40,706 bases of DNA. Source: a virus. Of the stretch, positions 32,776 to 39,908 are shown one piece after another. The notes under the pieces are model-generated. The model was not told the origin of the DNA, made no database searches, and saw only the letters and a program-made list of their open reading frames with translations. The DNA lies in the IMG/VR virus record IMGVR_UViG_3300045988_020170; one strand, written 5' to 3'. A program made the translations under genes and the position numbers. Position 1 is the stretch's first letter; the number at the start of each line of letters is the position of its first letter.

Positions 32776-32888
32776 TGGGCTGGATCTGTTATCTCGTCTC
32801 CCGGCTCAAGGCGGCGTGGAAAGCGCTGGAGGTCGCCGCAGAGAGGCAGCGGAACTACTGGGACGCGGAGGATGACAAATGTTTGTGA
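32772..32888 (+). CDS. Small hypothetical protein
   Basis: ATGA overlap with the previous stop. 38 aa from MMGWICYLV. Confidence 0.3.
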   Translation: MMGWICYLVSRLKAAWKALEVAAERQRNYWDAEDDKCL

Positions 32889-33115
32889 AGCTATGCGAGG
32901 GATGCTCACGCGAAGAGATCTGCCAGGAGCGCATTTGTAAGTCCAGCTGGCAGCGGGAATGGCTGTGCAGCTGGGACAACATCCGCCGTTCAGGGGCAAA
33001 GAAAAAGGCTGCCCGCGTGGTCAGACGCGAGCAGCCAGAGGAAGACAAACCGATCAGCCATCGGGAATATGTCTTTGGTCACATTTTAACAGCTGGATGG
33101 AGGGATGTCAAGTGA
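32879..33115 (+). CDS. Hypothetical Cys-containing protein
   Basis: ORF track, 78 aa. Confidence 0.35.
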   Translation: MFVKLCEGCSREEICQERICKSSWQREWLCSWDNIRRSGAKKKAARVVRREQPEEDKPISHREYVFGHILTAGWRDVK

Positions 33116-33351
33116 GCACGACACTTTCTCAGTGTGCAAAAATCTTGCGGCACCTGAAGGAGTTCGGTTCGATCACATTGTTTGAATCTATCTATGAGTG
33201 CGACTGCACAAGACTATCAGCCAGAATTCATGATCTGCGTTGCCGCGGCATCCCAATCGAAACTGAAATGATCGACACGGTCAATAAGCACGGAAAGCCG
33301 ATCAAATACGCGAAATACAGATTGGAGGACAAACGTGTTACCGGAAATTGA
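33112..33351 (+). CDS. Winged-helix-like DNA-binding protein
   Basis: GTG start overlapping the previous stop, after GGATGGAGGGA. ILRHLKEFGSITLFESIYECDCTRLSARIHDLRCRGIPIE. Confidence 0.45.
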   Translation: MSTTLSQCAKILRHLKEFGSITLFESIYECDCTRLSARIHDLRCRGIPIETEMIDTVNKHGKPIKYAKYRLEDKRVTGN

Positions 33352-33574
33352 TTATTCCAAAGACCCGCAAAACGTGTCGCCGCACTGCTATGACATCTTC
33401 GGCGACGAGGTCTACAAGGGGGACACCGTATACTGCGGCGACGAGGGCATGATGTGCGACCCCGGCGCGGACAACTTCGACTCGAGCAACCCGATCATGT
33501 CCCTTTTGGTGCAGCAGCTGGGGACGCGGTACATTTTGGAGCAGCTTGGCTATGAGAAGCGCGTGATCGAATAA
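33335..33574 (+). CDS. Hypothetical protein
   Basis: ORF track, 79 aa. GTG start 6 nt after TTGGAGGA. Confidence 0.4.
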   Translation: MLPEIDYSKDPQNVSPHCYDIFGDEVYKGDTVYCGDEGMMCDPGADNFDSSNPIMSLLVQQLGTRYILEQLGYEKRVIE

Positions 33575-33584
33575 GGAGGACAAT

Positions 33585-34229
33585 ATGCTGAAATCATTTA
33601 ACGAGCTGGTGCAGCTCGACGTGATGCCGTACTGCGACAAGCGGAAGGCAAAGGACGAAAACGGCAAACAGATCGAAGTGCCCTATCTCTCTTGGGGCAA
33701 CTGCAAGATGCTGCTGCATGAGAACGGTGCGGAGAGCGTCTACTTCACGCCGCGCACCAATGCGGCCGGGAGCTATGTGTTCTGCCACTATGCGACGGCG
33801 GACAAAAACAAGCGGAGCACTGGGTGCTATTTCGTGTCCGTCGATATTCACATCGACGATAAGACGTACACGATGGACTATCCGCTGCTCAACGGTGCGC
33901 TGGTGGTCTATGCGGACACGCTGAACCAGCTCCGCATTTCCAACGCCCATGCCCGCGCCTTTGTCAAGGGTGTGGCGATTTACACCGGTCTTGGGTTTAA
34001 GCTCTGGACGGCGGAGAAGGACACGGACAGCGGCGTGGATGACCTGAGCACCCACAACATCTTCGCCATCAAGCAGCGCGTGGAGCAGCTTTTGACCCAG
34101 AAGATGCAGGACGGGTACACCGTGGAGGGCATTTGTAAGGGACTTGGGCTGAATAAGAAGCAGTTTGATTCCGTTCTCAAAATGTTCGATCAGGTCAACA
34201 CCTTCGAACAGATGCTCAAAAAGCTATGA
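33585..34229 (+). CDS. Single-strand annealing protein (Sak3 / DUF1071-like)
   Basis: VPYLSWGNCKMLL ... RAFVKGVAIYTGLGFKLW fit the DUF1071 pattern. Adjacent to the exonuclease and SSB genes. Confidence 0.55.
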   Translation: MLKSFNELVQLDVMPYCDKRKAKDENGKQIEVPYLSWGNCKMLLHENGAESVYFTPRTNAAGSYVFCHYATADKNKRSTGCYFVSVDIHIDDKTYTMDYPLLNGALVVYADTLNQLRISNAHARAFVKGVAIYTGLGFKLWTAEKDTDSGVDDLSTHNIFAIKQRVEQLLTQKMQDGYTVEGICKGLGLNKKQFDSVLKMFDQVNTFEQMLKKL

Positions 34230-34792
34230 TTCACGACTATGATCGCAGCGGGTGGTTTGGCGCGTCAGACACGGCAACGATCATGGGGAGCTGGGGCACG
34301 AAGACCTTTCGCCGGTTCTGGCTGCAAAAGCTCGGCATGAACCGCGACCACTTCACAAATCTGGAAATGGAGACGGGCACGGCATACGAACACCGCATCC
34401 TGCAATTCATCGGCATTAAGCGGATGGACAGGCAGATTCGGAAGTACGGTCTCCGGCTCCGGGTGAACCTCGACGGCGAGGACGCGGAGGAAATCTCCGA
34501 GATCAAGACCCACAAAAGCGCCGCGTTCAAGGTCTCCCGCGCGTACTGGATGCAGGCACAGGTCGAAATGTACACCACCGGAAAGCGGCTTCGCATCGTG
34601 GCATACCGCTTGGAGCCGGAGGATTACGAAAACTGGTTCCGGGAAATTGACCCGGACAGGTTGAGCTATCACCCGGTCAAATACGCCCCCGAATGGATTG
34701 AATACGAATATCTGCCGCGCCTGCGGTATCTGGCGCGATGCTTGCGGAAAGGAGTGATGCCCGTTGACGGAGCTTACATTCGAGCAGGCTGA
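34226..34792 (+). CDS. YqaJ-like PD-(D/E)XK recombination exonuclease
   Basis: GASDTATIMG N-terminal motif. NLDGEDAEEISEIKT is a D...E.K motif. Confidence 0.65.
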   Translation: MIHDYDRSGWFGASDTATIMGSWGTKTFRRFWLQKLGMNRDHFTNLEMETGTAYEHRILQFIGIKRMDRQIRKYGLRLRVNLDGEDAEEISEIKTHKSAAFKVSRAYWMQAQVEMYTTGKRLRIVAYRLEPEDYENWFREIDPDRLSYHPVKYAPEWIEYEYLPRLRYLARCLRKGVMPVDGAYIRAG

Positions 34793-35327
34793 TTGGATGA
34801 TGGATGCATCTGGCACATGGCTCCGTATCAAAGCGGATGTGCCGCGCAAGGCACAAATGTTCCTCGAAACCATGAACCCCGGCAAAAAGTACGTCGCGGA
34901 GATCAAGGAGTTTCGGAAGAAGCGGAGTTTGGACGCCAATGCCTACGCTTGGGTTTTGATGAATAAGCTGGCGGGCAAGCTCAACATGGGCGTCCGTGAC
35001 CTGTACCGGCATTACATCCCGGACATTCCGAACAACAGTGAAACAGTCTGTGTGCCGAACGGATCAGTGAAGAAGCTGCGCTCCGGATGGGAGCACAATG
35101 GCCTCGGGTGGTGCAGCGACGTCACGGCCTCGAAGCTGCCCGGATGCACCAATGTCGTCCTCTACTACGGAAGTTCGACCTTTGACCAGCACCAGATGGG
35201 AATCATGCTTGACCTCATCATTGCGGACTGTAAACAGGTTGGGATTGAAACACTGACGCCATCCGAGCTGGCGCGGATGAATCTGGAATGGGGTGAGAGA
35301 GCTGCACAGGCAGACGAGGGCCACTAG
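34764..35327 (+). CDS. NinB/Orf-like recombination mediator
   Basis: KKRSLDANAYAWVLMNKLA and the C-terminal LARMNLEWGERAAQ resemble lambda NinB (RSLDQN ... LALEWKARWGDRAA). TTG start after GGAAAGGAG. Confidence 0.5.
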   Translation: MTELTFEQADWMMDASGTWLRIKADVPRKAQMFLETMNPGKKYVAEIKEFRKKRSLDANAYAWVLMNKLAGKLNMGVRDLYRHYIPDIPNNSETVCVPNGSVKKLRSGWEHNGLGWCSDVTASKLPGCTNVVLYYGSSTFDQHQMGIMLDLIIADCKQVGIETLTPSELARMNLEWGERAAQADEGH

Positions 35328-35601
35328 CATCCCGGCGGCGGTCAAACAGGCCGTCTGGGAGCGCGATGGCGGGCGCTGCGTCCTCTGCGGGAGACCGGGC
35401 AATCCGTGGTGCCATTACATTTCACGGGCACAGGGCGGGCTTGGACGGCCTGAGAACATCGTGACGCTCTGCGACCCGTGCCACAGACGGTTTGACCAAT
35501 CAGCCGACCGTGCGGCGCTCAAAGAAGTGCTGGCGAATTATCTGAGAAGCAAATATCCCGGATGGGACGAAAAGAATCTGATATACAGAAAGGAATTTTG
35601 A
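35293..35601 (+). CDS. HNH endonuclease
   Basis: VWERDGGRCVLCG ... CHYISRAQGG ... NIVTLCDPCH. GTG start. Confidence 0.75.
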   Translation: MRELHRQTRATSIPAAVKQAVWERDGGRCVLCGRPGNPWCHYISRAQGGLGRPENIVTLCDPCHRRFDQSADRAALKEVLANYLRSKYPGWDEKNLIYRKEF

Positions 35602-35602
35602 A

Positions 35603-36001
35603 ATGGCATTGAATCAAATTGCGATCTTCGGACGGATGACAAGAGATCCGGAGAAACGTGTCACGCAGAGCGGAACCACGGTGACGAGCTTCACGCTGGC
35701 CTGCGACAGGGACTACAAGCCGCAGGGCGGCGAGAAGGAAACGGACTTTATCGACTGCGTCATCTTCGGGAAGTTCGCGGACACCGTGGCTACATACTTC
35801 TTCAAGGGCAGCGCGGCCATTGTGACCGGTAGACTTCAAATCCGCAACTGGGAGGACAAGGAGGGCAACAAGCGCCGTTCAGCGGAGATCCTTGCCGATC
35901 ATGTCTACTTTGGCGAGAGCAAGAAAGACAGGGCGGAGACATCCGAACCGCAGGGCGGATTCAGCGAGATCACAGGAGATGACCCGGATCTTCCGTTCTA
36001 G
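35603..36001 (+). CDS. ssb: Single-stranded DNA-binding protein
   Basis: OB-fold N-terminus MALNQIAIFGRMTRDPE and the acidic tip DDPDLPF. Confidence 0.9.
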   Translation: MALNQIAIFGRMTRDPEKRVTQSGTTVTSFTLACDRDYKPQGGEKETDFIDCVIFGKFADTVATYFFKGSAAIVTGRLQIRNWEDKEGNKRRSAEILADHVYFGESKKDRAETSEPQGGFSEITGDDPDLPF

Positions 36002-36012
36002 GGGGATGAGGC

Positions 36013-36765
36013 ATGGCAAAGAACAAAGACCCTGCTGTCCTGTTCTACACGTCGGATTTCCTCTCCGGCTGTGCCCTGATGGATATGCGGGAGCGTGGGC
36101 AGTATATCACGCTCCTGTGCCTCCAAAGAGAACGGGGGCACATGACGATGCAGGAGATCACACGGGCGGTCAAGAAGCCGTCTGACGAGGTTATGAGCAA
36201 GTTCCGGCAGGACGAGGAAGGAAAATACTACAACCACCGTATGGAGCAGGAGATCGAAAAACGGGACGCGCATTGTCAGCGTCAGCGAGAGAACATTGCC
36301 AAACGGTGGAATAAAGAAAACGCTCCTTCTGGTATACCGGATGGTAACACTGACGGTAATACCACGGTATTACCTTTAGGAAATGGAAATGGAAATAGGA
36401 AAGAAAGTGTTTCTATTTCTGAGAAGGAACGTAAGGACGATAAGTTTAACGTATTCTGGAAAGCATACCCTCGGAAAGTTGGAAAAGGGGATGCAAGAAA
36501 GGCGTTTGCAAAGGTCAAAGTGCCGATCGAAACGCTCCTGTCGGCCATAGAGCAGCAAAAGAGCAGCGAACAATGGACGACGGAGAATGGGCGCTTTATC
36601 CCGAATCCGGCCACTTGGCTGAATCAGGGGCGTTGGGAAGACGAGCTTGCAGCGCCGGAGAGCAAATATCACTCAAAACCGGGGTATGGCGTTCAAAGGC
36701 ACGGCGATAAGCTCACCGACTTGGAGCGTCAGGCCATTGCACGGATGATGGAGGACGACCCATGA
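36013..36765 (+). CDS. DUF1376 (YdaU)-family replication-associated protein
   Basis: PAVLFYTSDFLSGCALMDMRERGQYITLLCLQ is a DUF1376-like N-terminus. C-terminal FWKAYPRKVGKGDARKAFAKV. Confidence 0.55.
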   Translation: MAKNKDPAVLFYTSDFLSGCALMDMRERGQYITLLCLQRERGHMTMQEITRAVKKPSDEVMSKFRQDEEGKYYNHRMEQEIEKRDAHCQRQRENIAKRWNKENAPSGIPDGNTDGNTTVLPLGNGNGNRKESVSISEKERKDDKFNVFWKAYPRKVGKGDARKAFAKVKVPIETLLSAIEQQKSSEQWTTENGRFIPNPATWLNQGRWEDELAAPESKYHSKPGYGVQRHGDKLTDLERQAIARMMEDDP

Positions 36766-36832
36766 GAACGACGAACTGCGGCTATTTAGCCGCGCGGAAC
36801 GCTGCGAAGATGCAGCGGGAAAGGAGCGGAAA

Positions 36833-37042
36833 ATGCTTCTCGAAAAACTGGCGAGGGCAATCGCCTGTAAGCACTGTGAAAATCCCTCGAAGCTCTATGA
36901 GCTTCAAATCCATGCCGACGAACAGACCCGCGAAATCCTCCGGCTAAACCATGTGCTGGATGAGGTCAGGAAGGAACGCGAGGCTGCGCTTGCGATGGCG
37001 GATATGTGGAGACATAGATTTGAACAGGAGGTTGTGCGATGA
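36833..37042 (+). CDS. Hypothetical coiled-coil protein
   Basis: AAGGAG RBS. 69 aa. Confidence 0.45.
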   Translation: MLLEKLARAIACKHCENPSKLYELQIHADEQTREILRLNHVLDEVRKEREAALAMADMWRHRFEQEVVR

Positions 37043-37416
37043 ACCCTACTGTCGACGAGGCGTTAATGCTTAGGAAGTGGCAGAGGAAATTATGCTTGCA
37101 AGATTGGCGAATAAAGCTGGTGACCCATCTTCGGCCAGAAGACATGACGCTGCCAAACGTGCAGGGTTGCACAGAATGGACGGAATCTGCAAAAACTGCA
37201 AGAATTGAGATTCTTGATCCTGCTTTTTACGGTGATCGCATCGTGCCGTTTAGCTTCGAAAAAACTCTGATCCATGAATTGCTGCACTTAAAATTCTCAT
37301 TTTGGTGCCAAGATGATGACAATGTGAACGATAGGATCATGCACCAGTACATTGACGATCTGGCAAGGGCATTTACGGAGGAAGAAACAAATGAAACTGC
37401 CGAGGGAACGCCATGA
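37039..37416 (+). CDS. Hypothetical protein with an HExxH motif
   Basis: TLIHELLHLKF. 125 aa. Confidence 0.4.
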   Translation: MNPTVDEALMLRKWQRKLCLQDWRIKLVTHLRPEDMTLPNVQGCTEWTESAKTARIEILDPAFYGDRIVPFSFEKTLIHELLHLKFSFWCQDDDNVNDRIMHQYIDDLARAFTEEETNETAEGTP

Positions 37417-37790
37417 CAATTGAATTTCGTGTGCCATATCCGGCCCGCAAGAGCGCGTGGACGAAGCGTTACGGCCTTAATGCATACTGGTCGGGGAAGA
37501 ACCACCACGTCCGGGCAGCGGACGCCAGAGACCTTGAGGCGCTTGTGCGGCTGTGCCTGAGACAGCAAGGGATTCCAGTGCGGCTGTTTGAAAAGCCGGT
37601 GTCCATCTCCTTTTGGCACAACACGCGGATGGATATCGACAACCACGCGGCGATTGAGAAGATGACCGTGGATGCGATCAAAGGCTGGCTGCTCCGGAAC
37701 GACGATCGGCGACATTACAGAGAGAAACATAGCTTTTTCCACGATGAAAATTACATGAGGGTGGTGATCTCGGATGAAGCCGCCGTGTGA
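37413..37790 (+). CDS. rusA: RusA-like Holliday junction resolvase
   Basis: RMDIDNHAAIEKMTVDAIKGWLLRNDD matches the RusA D.DN..K...D.......DD motif. Confidence 0.65.
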   Translation: MTIEFRVPYPARKSAWTKRYGLNAYWSGKNHHVRAADARDLEALVRLCLRQQGIPVRLFEKPVSISFWHNTRMDIDNHAAIEKMTVDAIKGWLLRNDDRRHYREKHSFFHDENYMRVVISDEAAV

Positions 37791-37974
37791 GAGGGACTGT
37801 CCGACTCGGGCAGTGGGATGCCACGCCAAGTGCGAGCTGTATCTGGAATATGAGGAAGCGAAACAGGCGGAATATCGGGCGAGAGAAGTCGAACGGAGCC
37901 GCGACGCCTACACTGCGGACGCGAAGAAGCGGTGTAAGAGCGTGGAGAGATTACGGAAAGCGGGGTTGTTGTGA
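37774..37974 (+). CDS. Small Cys-containing protein
   Basis: ORF track, 66 aa (CERDCPTRAVGCHAKC). Confidence 0.4.
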   Translation: MKPPCERDCPTRAVGCHAKCELYLEYEEAKQAEYRAREVERSRDAYTADAKKRCKSVERLRKAGLL

Positions 37975-38864
37975 CGGACTTGGAACAGAGCGCGTTTGAG
38001 GCGCTGCGGTTTGCGTCGGCGCAGAGCTTGAAGCTCTACAAGCAGCCGCTGATAATTACATATTCCGGCGGAAAAGACAGCGACGTGCTGCTCCGGCTGG
38101 CGGAAAACAGCGGTATTCCGTTCGAGGTTTTGCATTCCTTGACCACGGCGGACGCACCGGAAACCGTTCGCCATGTGCGGGACACATTCCGACGAATGGA
38201 AGAAAAGGGCGTAAAGTGCGTTATCGACGCGCACGTCCAGCCGGACGGGAGCCGCCTGACGATGTGGAATCTGATCCCGAAGAAAATGGTTCCGCCGACA
38301 AGGCTCATGCGATACTGCTGCGCGGTCCTCAAAGAGGGCGGCGGAAAAGGGCGATTTATTGCAACAGGCGTAAGGTGGGCCGAATCAGTAAAGCGTAAAA
38401 ACAATCGTGGTTTGATCGAGGTATCCCCCAGTGACAAAAACAAGCGTCTGATCCTGATGGACGACAACGACGAGGCCCGGATGCAGTTTGAAACGTGCCA
38501 GCTTAAGGGACGGCGAACGGTGAACCCCATCATCGGATGGTCGGCGGCTGATGTGTGGGACTACGTCACGGCGGAGCATATCCACATGAATCCGCTTTAT
38601 CGCTGCGGCTTTTGCCGCGTGGGGTGTATCGGCTGCCCGATGGCTGGAAAGCACCGGAAGATGGAATTTGAGAGATACCTAAAGATCAAGCTGGCGTATA
38701 TCCGGGCATTTGATCGGATGCTGGAGGAACGCCGACGCCGTGGCAAGATGGACGGCGGGACGCGATGGGGCGAGACCGGATTGGATGTATTCAACTGGTG
38801 GATGGAAAACGGCGTATTGCCGGGGCAGGAAGTATTAGAAGAATTTCGGGAGGATTTGATATGA
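37971..38864 (+). CDS. PAPS-reductase-family (PP-loop ATP pyrophosphatase) protein with a C-terminal Cys cluster
   Basis: ITYSGGKDS is a PP-loop. CGFCRVGCIGCPMA is the Cys cluster. Confidence 0.75.
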   Translation: MTDLEQSAFEALRFASAQSLKLYKQPLIITYSGGKDSDVLLRLAENSGIPFEVLHSLTTADAPETVRHVRDTFRRMEEKGVKCVIDAHVQPDGSRLTMWNLIPKKMVPPTRLMRYCCAVLKEGGGKGRFIATGVRWAESVKRKNNRGLIEVSPSDKNKRLILMDDNDEARMQFETCQLKGRRTVNPIIGWSAADVWDYVTAEHIHMNPLYRCGFCRVGCIGCPMAGKHRKMEFERYLKIKLAYIRAFDRMLEERRRRGKMDGGTRWGETGLDVFNWWMENGVLPGQEVLEEFREDLI

Positions 38865-39115
38865 ATTTGAAACCGGAAGAACTGGTCAAGGCGCTGCGGT
38901 ATTGCAGCAACGATTATCCGTGCAAAACGTGCCCGGTAGAGTTGCAAAAGGATGAATCGACCTGCATCGGTGTGCTATTCAAGCATTGCATTGACCAGAT
39001 CGAGCGCGACCAGAAGGAGATTGCCGAGCTGAAAGCGAAGGTGGAGCAGTATCGGGCGCTCATTCCTTCGTGGGTGATTCCGATGACACCAAAGGAGGAC
39101 AATCATGAAAATTGA
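38861..39115 (+). CDS. Hypothetical protein
   Basis: ATGA overlap with the previous stop. 84 aa from MNLKPEELVKALRYC. Confidence 0.45.
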   Translation: MNLKPEELVKALRYCSNDYPCKTCPVELQKDESTCIGVLFKHCIDQIERDQKEIAELKAKVEQYRALIPSWVIPMTPKEDNHEN

Positions 39116-39416
39116 ATTTTATATTCCAAGCGACAAGTTCATCCCATCCACGCTGCGGCTCAAGGTTGATGACGAAATTGATGTTTACTGCGAAAAGCTG
39201 CAAACTGATTTCGGCTATAGGTTCACCTTTTTCAAGTTTCAGCAAGGCGTATCAAGGGAAACGGCAACGGAAATCGTGAACCAGATCGTTGCTCGTATGG
39301 TATCGCAATCTTATGACCACGGTTCGCAGTGGAGGGAAAACAGTGTTCGGCTCATCATTGAGAACGACTACGAAATGAACATCACGGTTTTCTTCCGCGT
39401 GCGCGACGCAGGATAA
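39105..39416 (+). CDS. Hypothetical protein
   Basis: ORF track, 103 aa. AAAGGAGGA RBS. Confidence 0.45.
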   Translation: MKIEFYIPSDKFIPSTLRLKVDDEIDVYCEKLQTDFGYRFTFFKFQQGVSRETATEIVNQIVARMVSQSYDHGSQWRENSVRLIIENDYEMNITVFFRVRDAG

Positions 39417-39428
39417 GGAGGACTGAGG

Positions 39429-39908
39429 ATGGAACGACTGACCTTTGAGGGAAACTTCTGCGAGATTGCGCGGTGCAAGGAAGTGAAGTGCCCGGACGAT
39501 ACAGCTTGCAGCCAGAAACAGGTATGGGAACGGCTGAAAGCCTATGAGGACAGCAAGCTATCCCCGGAGGATGCGGCAAATCTGCACGCAATTTTGAGAC
39601 TGGGCGACGGAATGACGCTGATGCGCCTGCGGGAGCTGGCTGTGGCTGACAAAGAGGGGCGAGTGATTGTCCTGCCGTGCAAGGTAGGTCAGCGGGTGTT
39701 TGCCCTGCTGGACACGGATAAGCATATAAGCGAGTGCGAGTGCAAGCAGATCGGCCTCGGTAATGAGATCGGATTTGTTGTCCTTGAGCCAATAGGCGCC
39801 AGAGGGCGGAAGTATGGCGTAGCGCTAAATGGATTTGGCAAAACCGTATTCCTGACGCGCGAAGAAGCTGAAAAGGCGCTGGCGGAAATGGAGGGGATGA
39901 AAGAATAA
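39429..39908 (+). CDS. Hypothetical protein
   Basis: ORF track, 159 aa. TAAGGAGGA RBS. Confidence 0.5.
   Translation: MERLTFEGNFCEIARCKEVKCPDDTACSQKQVWERLKAYEDSKLSPEDAANLHAILRLGDGMTLMRLRELAVADKEGRVIVLPCKVGQRVFALLDTDKHISECECKQIGLGNEIGFVVLEPIGARGRKYGVALNGFGKTVFLTREEAEKALAEMEGMKE

Noticed and set aside
36762-36947. 61-aa ORF coupled (ATGA) to the DUF1376 gene
   Set aside because: The translation is basic, Ser/Arg-rich and junk-like. It overlaps the better-supported 36833..37042 ORF, which has an AAGGAG RBS.
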